The notes: a model not told the origin generated them from the sequence alone. 59,060 nt of DNA from Rhodothermales bacterium (GCA_047611125.1 JBLFXH010000002.1:1-59060); one strand, 5' to 3'. Counted from the first letter of the stretch, positions 9,257-22,388 are shown. Translations and numbers: made by a program.

Positions 9257-9853
9257 ATGACGGACTCGATGGCAAGACCAGATCTACGTGAACTAACCGA
9301 ATGGCTCGAGGAGGGGCGGGCTGCCGAGGTAGTTGCTGCACTCACCGGGCCTGTTGCCGAAGAACCCGGCCACGTGGCCTGCATCGTGGTTCTGGCGCGT
9401 GCGCTCGAGGCCTCGAGCAGACCCCTTGAGGCGCTTGCCCGCTGGAGGGCTGCGTATGCCCTCTGTCCGGACAGCCCGGTAGTTCGGGATGAGTTGCGCC
9501 GGCTTGCTGCGTCAGTGGCCTGCCAGGCGGCCGCCGGAACTCGAACGAGTCGCGCCCTGGAAGCCGCGGACGAGTCGCTTCGCAATGACGAGCCGTATCA
9601 CGAATTGGACGAGTTGATCAAAGAGTTGGAGACCGCGCGCATCATCCCGGATCCCAAAGTCGAGCCCGTCGACTCGTCCCGGCTGGCGCCCGATGTTGAG
9701 GATGTTGTTTCCGAAACCCTTGCCAAGATCTACGCGAACCAGAAGTATTACGAGGAAGCGGCCAAGGTCTACGATAAGCTGGCCGTCCAGCAGAAAGACC
9801 GGAAGGAGGAGTTCAACCAGAAGGCTTCCGACATCCGCCAACGGGCGTTCTAG
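9257..9853 (+). CDS. Hypothetical protein with TPR-like helical ends
   Basis: High GC3 in this frame. A helical N-terminal region, an acidic middle and a C-terminal ETLAKIYANQKYYEEAAKVYDKLAV (TPR-like). No family assignment. Confidence 0.55.
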   Translation: MTDSMARPDLRELTEWLEEGRAAEVVAALTGPVAEEPGHVACIVVLARALEASSRPLEALARWRAAYALCPDSPVVRDELRRLAASVACQAAAGTRTSRALEAADESLRNDEPYHELDELIKELETARIIPDPKVEPVDSSRLAPDVEDVVSETLAKIYANQKYYEEAAKVYDKLAVQQKDRKEEFNQKASDIRQRAF

Positions 9854-9855
9854 CC

Positions 9856-11040
9856 GTGAGTCGCTGGACGCGTCTCTTTGATGGGTCAGGTCCACGGCAG
9901 GTTGCGGGGATCATGTCAGGTACCTCGCTGGATGGCATCGACGTGGCCATCGTCACGCTCGCTGGTAGCGGCCGCCGGATGGAGGTCCGCGTAGACGCCA
10001 CGGGCTCAACGAACTTTCCACCACTGTTAGCCGCCGAGCTGCGGCACGCCGCCGAGGATGCCTCTTATCCAGTGGACAGTTTTACACTGCTAGGCCCGCG
10101 GTTGGCGCAAGTTTACGCAGAGTCCATCCGTCATGTCTGTGGGGTCAGCGGGATAGACCTGAAGCAGATCAACCTGGTGGGTTGCCACGGTCAGACCATC
10201 CGGCACCAGCCGGAGCCTCGACCCTACGGTGGCGGAAAAACCGCCGGCACCCTACAGATGGGAAGTGGTTCGGTCCTTTCTGCCCTGTTGAATATTCCCG
10301 TGGTCTCTGACTTCCGCGACTCAGATGTGGCGCTCGGCGGCCAAGGGGCGCCGTTGGTGCCTTATCTGGATTATGTCCTCTTGTCGTCGCCCACCGAAAA
10401 TCGGGTCGCCCTGAATCTCGGCGGTATTGCCAATCTCACGGCGCTCAAGGCCGGTGGCAGTCTGGCCGAAGTCACAGCCTTCGACACAGGTCCAGCCAAC
10501 ATGGTGATGGATGCGCTGGCGGCACGGCTGCTCAAGGAGCCGTTTGATCGAGACGGACAGGCGGCATCTCAAGGCCGGGTTCTACCCTCCGTGCTGGAGC
10601 GGGCATTGGGACATCCATACTTCCAGCGGAGCCCACCTAAATCCGCAGGTCGACAATCGGGTGAGGCCGGTTTCGGGTCGCATTTTGCAGCCCAGTTCCT
10701 GGAGTGGGGAGTCGGCGAATCGACGCCGAACCTGCTGGCTACGGCCGCGCAATTGACAGTGGAGTCAATTGGCAGTGCCATCGATCGATTCGTTCCGTTC
10801 GCGCCAGACCAGATTGTGGCTTCGGGAGGGGGGACTCGGAATCGATTCCTGATGCAGCGTCTCTGTGAGCGACTCGGCAAGGTCTCCGCATCCGATGAAT
10901 TTGGCGTCGACTCGCACTACAAAGAGGCCCTGGCCTTCGCGGTGTTGGCACATGAGGCGGTTAACGGAGTTGAGACAGGCATGCCAAGCGTGACGGGAGC
11001 TTCCCGGTCCACAGTTCTTGGCTCTATTTCCTGGCCCTGA
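9856..11040 (+). CDS. anmK: Anhydro-N-acetylmuramic acid kinase
   Basis: GIMSGTSLDGIDVAIV N-terminal motif, an ASKHA-type fold pattern and 394 aa. Confidence 0.9.
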   Translation: MSRWTRLFDGSGPRQVAGIMSGTSLDGIDVAIVTLAGSGRRMEVRVDATGSTNFPPLLAAELRHAAEDASYPVDSFTLLGPRLAQVYAESIRHVCGVSGIDLKQINLVGCHGQTIRHQPEPRPYGGGKTAGTLQMGSGSVLSALLNIPVVSDFRDSDVALGGQGAPLVPYLDYVLLSSPTENRVALNLGGIANLTALKAGGSLAEVTAFDTGPANMVMDALAARLLKEPFDRDGQAASQGRVLPSVLERALGHPYFQRSPPKSAGRQSGEAGFGSHFAAQFLEWGVGESTPNLLATAAQLTVESIGSAIDRFVPFAPDQIVASGGGTRNRFLMQRLCERLGKVSASDEFGVDSHYKEALAFAVLAHEAVNGVETGMPSVTGASRSTVLGSISWP

Positions 11041-11067
11041 TCGGTCGGACGCACCAGCGGTCCCAGT

Positions 11068-12126
11068 ATGTCCCAGCAGTTTACGCCCGTCTCCCATCTC
11101 GGAGAGTTTGGTCTCATTGATCGCATGAGAACCCGTCTGGGGCCGGAAGCATCGCCTGACCTGTTGCTCGGCATTGGCGATGACGCTGCGGTTTACAGGA
11201 TCTCCGAAGACCGGAGCCACGTGGTCACCACCGACGCGCTGGTTGAGGGTGTTCATTTCGATCGGTCCTTTGTGCCGATGGGCCACTTGGGAAGAAAGGC
11301 CATAGCCGTCAACGTCTCGGACGTGGTCGCGATGAATGCCAAGCCGCGCTATGCCACCGTCACACTGGGCATGCCCAGAAACTTGTCGGTAGAAATGGTG
11401 GAAGCGCTGTACGACGGGATGGCGGAGGCCTGCGCGCTTTACGGCCTGGAGATTGTTGGAGGCGATACTACTGCCTCTCCGCAGTTGGTCATTTCAGTCA
11501 CCGTGATTGGCGAGGTCCGGACCGAGGAACTCATCTTTCGCCGCGGTGCGAATGCCGGAGACCTTCTGTGCCTCTCCGGAAATGTGGGAGCTGCCTTCGC
11601 CGGCCTCCAGGTCTTGCTGGATCAGCGAAAACAGATGCAGGAGCTGGGCGAGGCATTCGAACCGAACATCGAGCCCTACCGCTACATCATTGGTCGTCAG
11701 CTCACGCCGATTGCCAGGTTGGATGCGCTGTCCTCATGGCGCGCTAGCGGGATTCGTCCCCGAGCGCTGATCGATGTGTCCGACGGGGTGGCCAGCGAGA
11801 TCCACCATCTCTGCGCGGCCAGCGGATGCGGAGCCATTCTCGAGGCCTCGTCTCTGCCAGTCCACTCCGAGACGGCCGCTGCCGCTGCCGAGCGCATGGC
11901 CGATCTGGACACGTTCGCGCTCTTTGGCGGCGAGGACTACGAGCTGCTGTTTGCCCTGGACCCGGACGACGTCGAAAGCCTGGACGGTGACATGTTCACG
12001 GTCATCGGCCAGTTCACGCCGGCCGACGAAGGCATCGTGGTACGCGGCGAGGACGGCCATGAGATTCCGCTGACTGCGTCAGGCTACAACCACTTTGAGC
12101 CCGGCGGAGACGGAACGACCGAATAG
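11068..12126 (+). CDS. thiL: Thiamine-monophosphate kinase
   Basis: LGEFGLIDRM...GIGDDAAVY...TTDALVEGVHF, with an AIR-synthase-related N/C domain pattern. Confidence 0.9.
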   Translation: MSQQFTPVSHLGEFGLIDRMRTRLGPEASPDLLLGIGDDAAVYRISEDRSHVVTTDALVEGVHFDRSFVPMGHLGRKAIAVNVSDVVAMNAKPRYATVTLGMPRNLSVEMVEALYDGMAEACALYGLEIVGGDTTASPQLVISVTVIGEVRTEELIFRRGANAGDLLCLSGNVGAAFAGLQVLLDQRKQMQELGEAFEPNIEPYRYIIGRQLTPIARLDALSSWRASGIRPRALIDVSDGVASEIHHLCAASGCGAILEASSLPVHSETAAAAAERMADLDTFALFGGEDYELLFALDPDDVESLDGDMFTVIGQFTPADEGIVVRGEDGHEIPLTASGYNHFEPGGDGTTE

Positions 12127-12154
12127 CTTCGGCCGCGGGCGTCTCGCCAGAGCC

Positions 12155-14686
12155 CTAGTCGTCCAAGCTGCACCAGTGGGTCCCATCGGTCCAAGAGGCT
12201 AGCCACGACCGTCTGAGCGCATCTCGTTGGATCGGGTCTCGACCAGAACTGATGAGATCCAGTCCCTGGCCGCCCATTCCAATAGGTGATCCAGGCGGGG
12301 TGGTAGATCGAGGCGCCTGCGCTTCTGCGGCATAGTCACGAAGGAAGTAGCGCTCCAGTTCAGCCAAGGCGTGCCCGCGATGGGCCTGGTCCTCGTAGCT
12401 GTTGCCGGGGTTGTCGGCCAGCCAGTCTGCGACTTCCTGGAGGTGGGCCCAAAGGCGGTCCCGCACTCCTGGAGCGGCACGACGGTCAGACGCCGCGGCC
12501 ACCAGCGCGTCGGTCCAGACGGTCCTCGTGATGCGCTGGATCTCGCTCGAGTAAGAATCCGGAGAGGTCTCCGAATCCCAGACATACTCAGAGACTTGGG
12601 CAAGCACGTCACTGAGGCTGGGCATCGAGCCGTCGGCGTCGGCTTGGTACATCAGGCGCGCCATGCGCTCCCTGGCAAGGATCTGGCTGAATACAGCATT
12701 GGCCCCAACCTCAGCCGGCACATAAGGGTCAAACAGAGGAGCGGAGTAGCTGGCGAAAAGCTCGCGGTTCGAGCCGTAGCCTGGAGGTCTCGGCGGAATG
12801 CGATTGCGGAATGCTTCGGGCAGGCCCAGCGTGGCCGGGCTCACCGACCGAAGAAGTGCTTGCAGAGCACGCCGTTGCTCCCTCGGTGGCACAGGCGTCG
12901 GCAGGGTGCGCAGGTCTCCACGGAGGGCGTAGTCATACGAGGCCCCTCCGAGCATCTTGGCGGCCGCATCTACTTGGAAGCGGTGATGGAGGTACAGCGG
13001 GACCAGGACTTCCTGAAGCGTTGCCAGCGGCTCGCCCTCACGGACGTTCGAGAGGCCGAACCGGTCCATGGCCACGGCCCGGATTTGAAGCTCGGTCTCC
13101 AGTTGCTCGGCCGGGTTTGAGCCGTTGTCCCAAAGACTGGCTGTGGGGTGGGCTGAACCCGCAGACCGCGCGTCCGAGTCCGTCATGTAGAGAAGCCCTG
13201 CATTGTAGGCGTCGGCCAGAATCCCATCGAGGGCCGCGGACTCGTCCACGCTATCGGGAAAGACCTCGTAGCCGTACTTGATGGTCACCACATCCCACTC
13301 GCCAATGCCCTTGTCGTAGGCGTCATTGAAGTGGAGCATCCCGTCATCGTCTATGGTCACCATCGGCGCCGGGTAGTCCATGACGGATGCTCGGTCATTG
13401 ACAGAGGCCGCAAAATTGTGCGAGATCCCCAGCGTATGGCCGATTTCGTGAGCCGATAGCTGGCGAATACGATCCAGCGACACCTGCAGCATCGGATCCG
13501 GATCCAGGCTTCTGACACCGTCATACGGGGCCAGCAGTCCTTCCATGATGAGGTAGTCCTGACGCACGCGGAGACTACCTAGCAGAACGTGGCCCTTGAT
13601 AATTTCGCCGGTCCGCGGATCGGTGACGCTCGACCCGTAGCTCCAGCCACGTGTGGAGCGGTGCACCCAGTTGATCATGTTGTATCGGACATCCAGCGGG
13701 TCTGCCCCGTCCGGAAGGACCTCAACCTGGAAGGCATTGATGAACCCCGCCTGGTCAAACGCCTGATTCCACCAACGCCCGCCCTCCAGAAGGGCCGTTC
13801 GCACGGGCTCTGGGGTGCCGTTGTCCAAATAGTAGATGATGGGCTCGACCGCCTCTGAGCGCGCGGCTGTCGGGTCCTGCTTTTCCAGCCTATGCCTGCG
13901 AATGAAACGCTTTCGCATGTCAGGCCCGATCGGGCTGGCATAGTCGGCGTAGCTCAGCGAACCATAGCCGCTCCGCGGATCAAACTCGCGCGGTTCGTAC
14001 CCGCTGTCTGGCAGACGAATGAAGCTATGCCGGATGTTCAGAGAGACCGCAGTGGGATCTGCCGCAACGGATCTAACGAACGCACCAGGCCGATCGGTGA
14101 CGAAAGTCAGCCGGCCCTCCATTTCCGTATTGTCGGGGAAGGCCTTCAGGACGCCAGGATTTGGCGCCGACCTGCCCTTGTCCACTTTGTACGCACCTTG
14201 GCTCCGAAGGCGTCCGATCACTCCATGGGCATCGTTGAGGATGAAGTCCGTGGCATCCACCAAGAACCGGTCGCCCGTTCGGGCGGCGGCCGTGAATGAC
14301 CAAATGATGCCTTCGGCGAAAGCCTCGCGGACCGCGGCCACTTCCAGTGGATTGTCCGATTCCGCCCGGTAGCGGAGGTTTGGCGCTACCAGGAGGAGTT
14401 TCCGCCCCACGCGCTCGAACTTGACCACCTTCGATCCGCCAAGTTGATTGCGGTCGAGTCCAATATCATTGGACCCGAGGCCCCGCGCCAGCGCCACGCC
14501 GTAGAGAAACTCCATGTCGGTCGCGGGCACTTCAAGCCAGACCTTGCCTTGGTCATCGTCCCAATAGAGCGGGAAGAAGCCCTCTCGGCGTTCCAACTTT
14601 TCAGTCTTCGATTCAATGGTCGGCAACTCTTGGGCAAGAGCAGGTGCGGCGAGAAAGAGGAGCAGAACAGAGGCAGTCAGGCGCAT
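12155..14686 (-). CDS. Secreted zinc-dependent metalloprotease (DUF5117/DUF4953-type)
   Basis: Signal peptide [19 protein letters not shown] and the HExxH motif [13 protein letters not shown] followed by SVMDYP. The 843-aa size is typical of this Bacteroidota family. Confidence 0.85.
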   Translation of the reverse strand: MRLTASVLLLFLAAPALAQELPTIESKTEKLERREGFFPLYWDDDQGKVWLEVPATDMEFLYGVALARGLGSNDIGLDRNQLGGSKVVKFERVGRKLLLVAPNLRYRAESDNPLEVAAVREAFAEGIIWSFTAAARTGDRFLVDATDFILNDAHGVIGRLRSQGAYKVDKGRSAPNPGVLKAFPDNTEMEGRLTFVTDRPGAFVRSVAADPTAVSLNIRHSFIRLPDSGYEPREFDPRSGYGSLSYADYASPIGPDMRKRFIRRHRLEKQDPTAARSEAVEPIIYYLDNGTPEPVRTALLEGGRWWNQAFDQAGFINAFQVEVLPDGADPLDVRYNMINWVHRSTRGWSYGSSVTDPRTGEIIKGHVLLGSLRVRQDYLIMEGLLAPYDGVRSLDPDPMLQVSLDRIRQLSAHEIGHTLGISHNFAASVNDRASVMDYPAPMVTIDDDGMLHFNDAYDKGIGEWDVVTIKYGYEVFPDSVDESAALDGILADAYNAGLLYMTDSDARSAGSAHPTASLWDNGSNPAEQLETELQIRAVAMDRFGLSNVREGEPLATLQEVLVPLYLHHRFQVDAAAKMLGGASYDYALRGDLRTLPTPVPPREQRRALQALLRSVSPATLGLPEAFRNRIPPRPPGYGSNRELFASYSAPLFDPYVPAEVGANAVFSQILARERMARLMYQADADGSMPSLSDVLAQVSEYVWDSETSPDSYSSEIQRITRTVWTDALVAAASDRRAAPGVRDRLWAHLQEVADWLADNPGNSYEDQAHRGHALAELERYFLRDYAAEAQAPRSTTPPGSPIGMGGQGLDLISSGRDPIQRDALRRSWLASWTDGTHWCSLDD

Positions 14687-14787
14687 GGCGGCAAAGAGAT
14701 TGATGCGGCTAGGAATCTACGCGCTCACACGCCCTCAACCCCAAATTCCCCGAGCCTTAACGATCTGGAGGGCATATTGGCCGTTGA

Positions 14788-16356
<1,569 letters not shown>

Positions 16357-16370
16357 ACCTTTTCGGAGCC

Positions 16371-16790
16371 ATGGCCGACAATCTGAACGTTGAAATCGTC
16401 TCGCCCGCAGGGCGTGTGTTCCGCGGCGACGCCAAGGGACTCATTGCTCCCGGCGTTGAGGGATCCTTCGAGGTCCTGAAGGGCCACGCGCCGCTGATCG
16501 CGGCGTTTGAGGTCGGAACGCTGACCATCCGCAATCTGACCGGGGACTCTATCGCGTTTGTCACCGGCGGCGGCTTCGTGGAAGTGTTGAACAACCACGT
16601 CACTGTCTTGGCCGAGTCAGCGGAGCCGTTGGATAAGATTGACGTGGACCGCGCCAAGGCCGCTGAGGCCCGTGCGCTTGAGCGGTTGGCACAGTCTACC
16701 TCTGAGGAAGACAAGAAGGCCGCGGCGGCAGCGCTCGAGCGCGCCAGAAACCGCCTGCGCGCGGGAATGAGCGCGATCGGGAAGAAGTAG
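16371..16790 (+). CDS. atpC: F0F1 ATP synthase subunit epsilon
   Basis: 139 aa, immediately after atpD. LNVEIVSP...GDA... beta-sandwich followed by a C-terminal helical hairpin. Confidence 0.9.
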   Translation: MADNLNVEIVSPAGRVFRGDAKGLIAPGVEGSFEVLKGHAPLIAAFEVGTLTIRNLTGDSIAFVTGGGFVEVLNNHVTVLAESAEPLDKIDVDRAKAAEARALERLAQSTSEEDKKAAAAALERARNRLRAGMSAIGKK

Positions 16791-17746
16791 TGCCTCGGCA
16801 CCGTGCGCTTTCCTGGCTCGCGCTGTTTGCGATAGTCGGATGCGATACGGGCGTTTATCCTCGGGTTGAGGGTGACTTTGATTATTCCCTCTACGGTGTA
16901 CTGAATCCGCGCGCGGATACTCAGGCTGTAGTCGTGATTCCGATCGAGGCCACGTTGGAGGCACTTAGCCACTCGAGATCGGTCACGGTCACGATTTCCG
17001 ACGATCACGGCGAAACCCACGTTCTGACGGACTCCTTAGTAGTCAAAGAGATGGGTCCGGTGAATGTGTACTGGAGCGAATTCCGGGCGGAATACGGTGC
17101 GCTCTATACGGTGACGGCCGCCGACCCCGAAAGCCACCGGCTGTCCTCGGCCGTGGTCCGCGTGCCACCCTTTACCGGCGTGGTCCTGGCGGATCCGGTA
17201 TTTGAGTTTGGAGTCAGCCAGGAGATCGTTCTGGACGGGGGGCTGGAGCGCCTCAACTTTACTGAGGTGGTCTACGAGATTACTGCGCGGCTCCCAGCGG
17301 CGTGGCGGGTCTATCCAGTGCTGGTTCCGGGCGCCTCGGAGCCCGTGCCGGTGCAACCGCCGGCTTCGGACAGCCTCGTCATACAGAACCTTCAGGTCCC
17401 GATTTCCTACGTGAATCGCGAGCTCTACAGCGGTTCAGACTGGCGAATCAAGGTCAACTACACGCAAGATCTGCTTGAGATAATCAGGCGACTCCGACGG
17501 CGTGGACGCATGGACGCGACGTTTGGAGTCCAGCTTCGTGGCATCAACTTCAGCGCTGTCGCGGCAAACGAGGAGTGGGCGCCGCCCGGGAATGCGTTCA
17601 TTAAGGACGAACTCATTCAACCCGGGACGTTGTCCAACGTCACGAACGGGTTCGGCTTTATCGGCGCGGGATACACTATCCGGCACTCGTATCGACTTTC
17701 GGACGAGCTCTTGACGAGGATTGGCTTCCGTCGGCCGGCGCGCTAG
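16790..17746 (+). CDS. DUF4249-like lipoprotein
   Basis: GTG start overlapping the atpC stop. Signal peptide with lipobox AIVGC, and a C-terminal NVTNGFGFIGAGY reminiscent of DUF4249 proteins. Confidence 0.5.
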   Translation: MPRHRALSWLALFAIVGCDTGVYPRVEGDFDYSLYGVLNPRADTQAVVVIPIEATLEALSHSRSVTVTISDDHGETHVLTDSLVVKEMGPVNVYWSEFRAEYGALYTVTAADPESHRLSSAVVRVPPFTGVVLADPVFEFGVSQEIVLDGGLERLNFTEVVYEITARLPAAWRVYPVLVPGASEPVPVQPPASDSLVIQNLQVPISYVNRELYSGSDWRIKVNYTQDLLEIIRRLRRRGRMDATFGVQLRGINFSAVAANEEWAPPGNAFIKDELIQPGTLSNVTNGFGFIGAGYTIRHSYRLSDELLTRIGFRRPAR

Positions 17747-17759
17747 CAAGGGCGCACCT

Positions 17760-17903
17760 CTACCGCTTCTTTTCCCAGATCGCTCCTGCCACGATTCCAA
17801 CCGGGACCCACATCAGCAGCGACCCCAGCAGCAGGCCGAGAGCTGTGCCTCCGGCAATTCCCAAGGCGATTCGACTTCCGGTTCGTTCGGTGAAAGAGCT
17901 CAT
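17760..17903 (-). CDS. Small hydrophobic membrane protein (47 aa), below the ORF-track size cut-off
   Basis: Hand translation of the minus strand gives MSSFTERTGSRIALGIAGGTALGLLLGSLLMWVPVGIVAGAIWEKKR*. It has Gly-rich TM segment(s), a basic C-terminus, and ATG and TAG in frame. Confidence 0.4.
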   Translation of the reverse strand: MSSFTERTGSRIALGIAGGTALGLLLGSLLMWVPVGIVAGAIWEKKR

Positions 17904-17978
17904 ATGGGCCTGTAGATTTAGGGGGGCTTGGGTAGTCTACGGAAGGGCACCCCGTGGGATGCAGTGCTATCTTGGGGA

Positions 17979-19148
17979 ATGACATTGATTGACGAACTCC
18001 CCACCCCCGCTGTTCTGGTTGAGCGCTCTCGCCTGCAGCACAACATCACTCGGATGCAGGCGCTGGCCGACGCACAGGATGTTGCCCTCCGCCCTCACAC
18101 CAAGACGCACAAGTCCGTCCAGTTGGCCCGGTGGCAGCAGGAAGCCGGGGCTAGCGGCCTGACGGTAGCCAAGGTTGGCGAGGCCGAGGTTCTGGTGGAC
18201 GCAGGTTTCGAGGACATTCGTCTTGCGTACCCGATCGTGAGCGAGGACAAACTGGAGCGCCTCCAGGGCCTCGCTGGTCGAGCCCGCATCACTTTCTGTG
18301 TGGATACGATCGAGGCGGCGCGACTGGCCTCCGAGTACTACCACAAAGCTGGACTCATCGCCGAAGTGATGGTGGAAGTGGACGTGGGCTACGGGCGATG
18401 CGGAGTCTACTGGAATGACGACGACTCCATCCAATTCGTCCGAGACCTTGCCGCATTGCCAGGTATCCATATGGCGGGAATTCTGACGCACGCGGGGCAC
18501 AGCTACGACGGCCCGAAGGACGCGGATGAGTCCAAGGAGCAGGCGCTCCGCCGCGTCATGGCAGAGGAGCGGGACAACATGCTGGCCTTTGCGGCGGCGC
18601 TGGGTCGAGCAGGCCTCGCAAGCCCAGACTCCTTCGAGGTGTCCGTTGGCTCCACGCCCTCACTGCGGTACTTCGAGAACGCCGAACTCGGCGGCTTCCG
18701 GGTGACAGAGATCCGTCCCGGGAATTACGTCTTTCACGACGCCATCCAGGAGTCACTGGGCGTGTGTACCTGGGATCAGTGCGCGCTGACCGTCAATGCA
18801 ACAGTCATCAGCCGCCATCGGAATGACGATGGCAGTGAACGGGTCTTCCTGGACGCCGGTAAGAAGGTCTTCACCTCAGACCGCGTCCCATCTACGGGCG
18901 AACTCGGCGTGATACTCTACAACCCGCGTGTCATGGAGCCCCTGCCGCACGCACACCTGCATGCCGCCTCCGAGGAGCACGGATGGGTGTCCATTCCCGG
19001 TGGAGCCACCCTGCTCGTTGGAGATCAAGTCCGCGTAGTGCCTGCCCACGCCTGTGTGGTAGTAAACATGCTAGACGTCTTCCACATCGTGGACGGAGAC
19101 GAGGTCGTGGACACGTGGGAAGTCAGCAGTCGCGGCCGCGTGAACTAG
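17979..19148 (+). CDS. D-TA family PLP-dependent enzyme (D-threonine aldolase / D-serine dehydratase-like, alanine-racemase fold)
   Basis: [17 protein letters not shown]...LRPHTKTHK (PLP-lysine motif) with a C-terminal DSD1-type domain. The ORF is open from 17928; the ATG at 17979 ([10 protein letters not shown]) is the likely start. Confidence 0.8.
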   Translation: MTLIDELPTPAVLVERSRLQHNITRMQALADAQDVALRPHTKTHKSVQLARWQQEAGASGLTVAKVGEAEVLVDAGFEDIRLAYPIVSEDKLERLQGLAGRARITFCVDTIEAARLASEYYHKAGLIAEVMVEVDVGYGRCGVYWNDDDSIQFVRDLAALPGIHMAGILTHAGHSYDGPKDADESKEQALRRVMAEERDNMLAFAAALGRAGLASPDSFEVSVGSTPSLRYFENAELGGFRVTEIRPGNYVFHDAIQESLGVCTWDQCALTVNATVISRHRNDDGSERVFLDAGKKVFTSDRVPSTGELGVILYNPRVMEPLPHAHLHAASEEHGWVSIPGGATLLVGDQVRVVPAHACVVVNMLDVFHIVDGDEVVDTWEVSSRGRVN

Positions 19149-20182
19149 TCTGGGCGTCCGTCAGCGAAGAGGTCCACGGGCTTGCCGGGCAGCTTCCCAA
19201 AACGCCGGTACGCGTTTGTGGTAGCGATCCGTCCACGCGATGTCCGCTCTATAAGCCCCTCCTGGATCAGGTAGGGCTCGTACACCTCCTCCAGGGTCCC
19301 AGCGTCCTCGCCCACCGAAACGGCCAGATTCGATAGCCCGGTTGGCCCGCCATCGAACTTCTCGATGAGTGTGGTCAGGATGCGAACATCCATTTCATCC
19401 AGCCCGGTCGGATCCACATTCAGCGCATTGAGAGCGCGATCCGCAATCGCGGAGGTCACCCGGCCATCGCCTTCGACTTCGGCAAAGTCTCGCGCGCGGC
19501 GCAGCAGCCGGTTGGCGATTCGGGGAGTACCACGACTCCGACGCGCAATCTCGCGGGCGCCATCGGATGAAATCCCCACACCCAGCAGGCCTGCTGAGCG
19601 CTCGACGATACGGTGAAGCAGGTCCGCCGAGTAGTAGTCATACCGGAAGTCAATTCCGAACCGCGCCCGGAGCGGGGCCGTGAGTAGCCCTTTTCTGGTG
19701 GTCGCGCCGACCAGGGTAAACGGCGGGAGCTGAATCTTTACGCTGCGGGCGTTCGGGCCCTGATCGATCAGAATGTCGATGTGGTAGTCCTCCATCGCCG
19801 CATAGAGGTATTCCTCGACGACGGGTGCCAGCCTGTGGATCTCATCGATGAACAGGACCTCGCCCTCGGTCAGATTGGTGAGGAGGCCAGCGATTGAGGC
19901 GGGCTTATCCAGCACCGGGCCGGAAGTGGTCTTGATCTTCCCGCCCATTTCCTCGGCAATGATGTATGCCAGAGTGGTCTTTCCCAGACCGGGTGGGCCA
20001 GACAGGAGGACGTGGTCCAGGGCCTCTCCACGGCCTCGCGCCGCGCTGATAAAGACCCGGAGATTGTCCTTGATCTTCTGCTGCCCAATGAACTCGTCCA
20101 GACTCTTTGGACGGAGAGCCTTCTCGGGGTCCTCGTCCCCACGAATGGGTGCGTTGTCCAGCTCTCCGGTGCGTTCGCTCAT
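19145..20182 (-). CDS. ruvB: Holliday junction branch migration DNA helicase RuvB
   Basis: [12 protein letters not shown], Walker [18 protein letters not shown] and the [13 protein letters not shown] sensor region. Confidence 0.96.
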   Translation of the reverse strand: MSERTGELDNAPIRGDEDPEKALRPKSLDEFIGQQKIKDNLRVFISAARGRGEALDHVLLSGPPGLGKTTLAYIIAEEMGGKIKTTSGPVLDKPASIAGLLTNLTEGEVLFIDEIHRLAPVVEEYLYAAMEDYHIDILIDQGPNARSVKIQLPPFTLVGATTRKGLLTAPLRARFGIDFRYDYYSADLLHRIVERSAGLLGVGISSDGAREIARRSRGTPRIANRLLRRARDFAEVEGDGRVTSAIADRALNALNVDPTGLDEMDVRILTTLIEKFDGGPTGLSNLAVSVGEDAGTLEEVYEPYLIQEGLIERTSRGRIATTNAYRRFGKLPGKPVDLFADGRPD

Positions 20183-20277
20183 ATACGCGAAATTGGGGCC
20201 TTCAGGCCGATTTGATGCCGGCCTTCAAGAGCGAGCGTCGGTTGACAAACGGGGCCCTTCCACCTAGGTTGGCAGCC

Positions 20278-20859
20278 ATGTTTGCTGTCGATAACATACT
20301 GATTTCCGATGACCTGATAGCGGCCCCGTTCGCCTGCAATCTGGGTGCATGTCACGGCGCGTGCTGCGTAGTCGGGGACTCTGGAGCACCGCTTGAAGAG
20401 GACGAACTGGACGCCATCGAGGAGGCCTTGGAAATAGTCGGTCACACCCTTCGTCCGGAGGCCAGAGCCGTTATCGCCGAGAAGGGACCCTGGGAAGAAA
20501 CTGCTCCAGGTTACTATGCCACAACGTGTGTGGGTGACGCCGAGTGCGTCTTCGTGACCTACGAAGGGCCTGTCGCTAAGTGCTCTATTCAGCAGGCGCA
20601 CAACGAAGGGAAACTGGATTTCCCCAAGCCTATCTCCTGCCATCTGTATCCGATCCGGGTCGAAGAGTTGGGCGACTACGAGACACTGAACTACGAACGG
20701 GCTCCGATCTGCAAGACCGGTGTCAAGCACGGAAAAAAGACAGGCACCCTGCTCCCGAATTTCCTCAAGGAGCCGTTGGTACGGAAGTACGGCGAGGAGT
20801 GGTATGCATTATTTGCCGATGCGTGTCGAGAGCGGCACCGGATCCTCCAGGGCGAGTAG
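20278..20859 (+). CDS. DUF3109 family protein (Cys-rich)
   Basis: MFAVDNILISDDLIAAPFACNLGACHGACCVVGDSGAPLEEDE is the typical DUF3109 N-terminus. The ORF-track start at 20107 would overlap ruvB, so the ATG at 20278 is preferred. Confidence 0.8.
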   Translation: MFAVDNILISDDLIAAPFACNLGACHGACCVVGDSGAPLEEDELDAIEEALEIVGHTLRPEARAVIAEKGPWEETAPGYYATTCVGDAECVFVTYEGPVAKCSIQQAHNEGKLDFPKPISCHLYPIRVEELGDYETLNYERAPICKTGVKHGKKTGTLLPNFLKEPLVRKYGEEWYALFADACRERHRILQGE

Positions 20860-20898
20860 AAGCTTCAGATTAACCAGTCATAGGCTGCCCGAAACCAC

Positions 20899-22383
20899 AT
20901 GCTGAATCTCCAACAGAAACTGTCGCAGCAGCAGAAGCTGTCTCCGCAGCAGATCCAGTATATCAAGTTGCTTCAGCTCCCGACGCTGGCGCTCGAGCAA
21001 CGGATCAAGTCGGAGATGGAGGGCAATCCGCTTCTGGAGGAAGGGCTGGACGAAGAGGAAGAGCAGCAGGAGCGGGCGGAATCCAAGGAGGAAACCAGTA
21101 ATCAGGAGGATGAGCCCAAGGCGGATACCGACGATTACAACTGGGACGAGCTCCTGCCGGACGCCGACGAGCTGTACGGGCACAAGGCGCGGGTAGACAA
21201 CACTGACGAGGAGGAGCGTCGTGAGATTCCCATGGAAGCCGGTGTCTCCATGGCGGAGCACCTCAAGGATCAACTGGCATTCCTGGGCCTGACCGAGGAG
21301 CAGGAGTTGGTAGCCGAGCAGATTATCGGATCCGTGGATGAGGACGGCTACTTGCGTCGAGGGTTGGAGAGCATCATCGACGATGTGGCTTTCAACTACG
21401 GCGTACTGTTAGAGGAGGATGAGGTCGAGGCCATCCTGAAGCGGGTCCAGACTTTGGAGCCCCTCGGAATAGCCTCCCGCGATCTGCGCGAGTGTCTCAT
21501 GGTCCAGATCGAGGCCATGCCGCCCGAGACCCCCGGCAAGGGAGCGGCTTTTCGGATGCTGGAGAAGACGTACAAGGAGTTCACAATGAAGCACTTCGAC
21601 CATATCAAGCGGAAGCTTGATATCGGGCCCGGAGAGCTGAAGGAGGCCTTCGACCTAGTCCAGCGGCTCAATCCCAAGCCCGGCGAAGGGGATTTTACTG
21701 CCGCACAGAACTACATCACCCCGGACTTCACCGTCCGGTATGAGGAGGGCGGCGACGACTTTCTGATTAGCCTGAACAGCGGGAATACGCCGGAACTACG
21801 GGTCTCGAAGGAGTATCGTCAGATGCTGGAGCAGATCAGCACTGAGAAGAAGCGCGGCTCGGATAGCTCGGCGTTCGATTCCGACACGCGCAACTTCCTG
21901 AAGACCAAGCTGGAGTCGGCCAAGTGGTTCATCAACTCCATTCACCAGCGTCGCAACACGATGCTCAAGGTGATGGAGGCCATCGTCCAAATCCAGGGCG
22001 ACTTCTTCCGTTTGGGCCATGGCCACTTGCGGCCAATGATCCTCAAGGACATCGCCGAGATCATCCACATGGACATCTCGACGGTGAGTCGTGTGGTCAA
22101 CGGGAAGTACGTCCAGTGTGACTTCGGTGTGTACGAGTTGAAGTACTTCTTCTCCGAGGGCCTTTCGACCGATAGTGGGGAGGAGATCTCTAACAAGGAG
22201 GTCAAAGCTATCATCGAGGAGATCATCGGCAACGAGAACAAGCAGAAGCCGCTGTCCGATCAGAAGATTGCCACGATGCTGGAGGGCAAAGGCTTCCAGA
22301 TTGCCAGGCGTACCGTCACCAAATATCGCGAGCAGCTAGGCGTCCCCGTGGCGCGGCTTCGCAAGCAGATCGTCCTCTCCTGA
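20899..22383 (+). CDS. rpoN: RNA polymerase sigma-54 factor
   Basis: Region I MLNLQQKLSQQQKLSPQQIQYIKLLQLP, an acidic region II, and the RpoN box ARRTVTKYREQLGV. Confidence 0.96.
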   Translation: MLNLQQKLSQQQKLSPQQIQYIKLLQLPTLALEQRIKSEMEGNPLLEEGLDEEEEQQERAESKEETSNQEDEPKADTDDYNWDELLPDADELYGHKARVDNTDEEERREIPMEAGVSMAEHLKDQLAFLGLTEEQELVAEQIIGSVDEDGYLRRGLESIIDDVAFNYGVLLEEDEVEAILKRVQTLEPLGIASRDLRECLMVQIEAMPPETPGKGAAFRMLEKTYKEFTMKHFDHIKRKLDIGPGELKEAFDLVQRLNPKPGEGDFTAAQNYITPDFTVRYEEGGDDFLISLNSGNTPELRVSKEYRQMLEQISTEKKRGSDSSAFDSDTRNFLKTKLESAKWFINSIHQRRNTMLKVMEAIVQIQGDFFRLGHGHLRPMILKDIAEIIHMDISTVSRVVNGKYVQCDFGVYELKYFFSEGLSTDSGEEISNKEVKAIIEEIIGNENKQKPLSDQKIATMLEGKGFQIARRTVTKYREQLGVPVARLRKQIVLS

Positions 22384-22388
22384 GCGCA

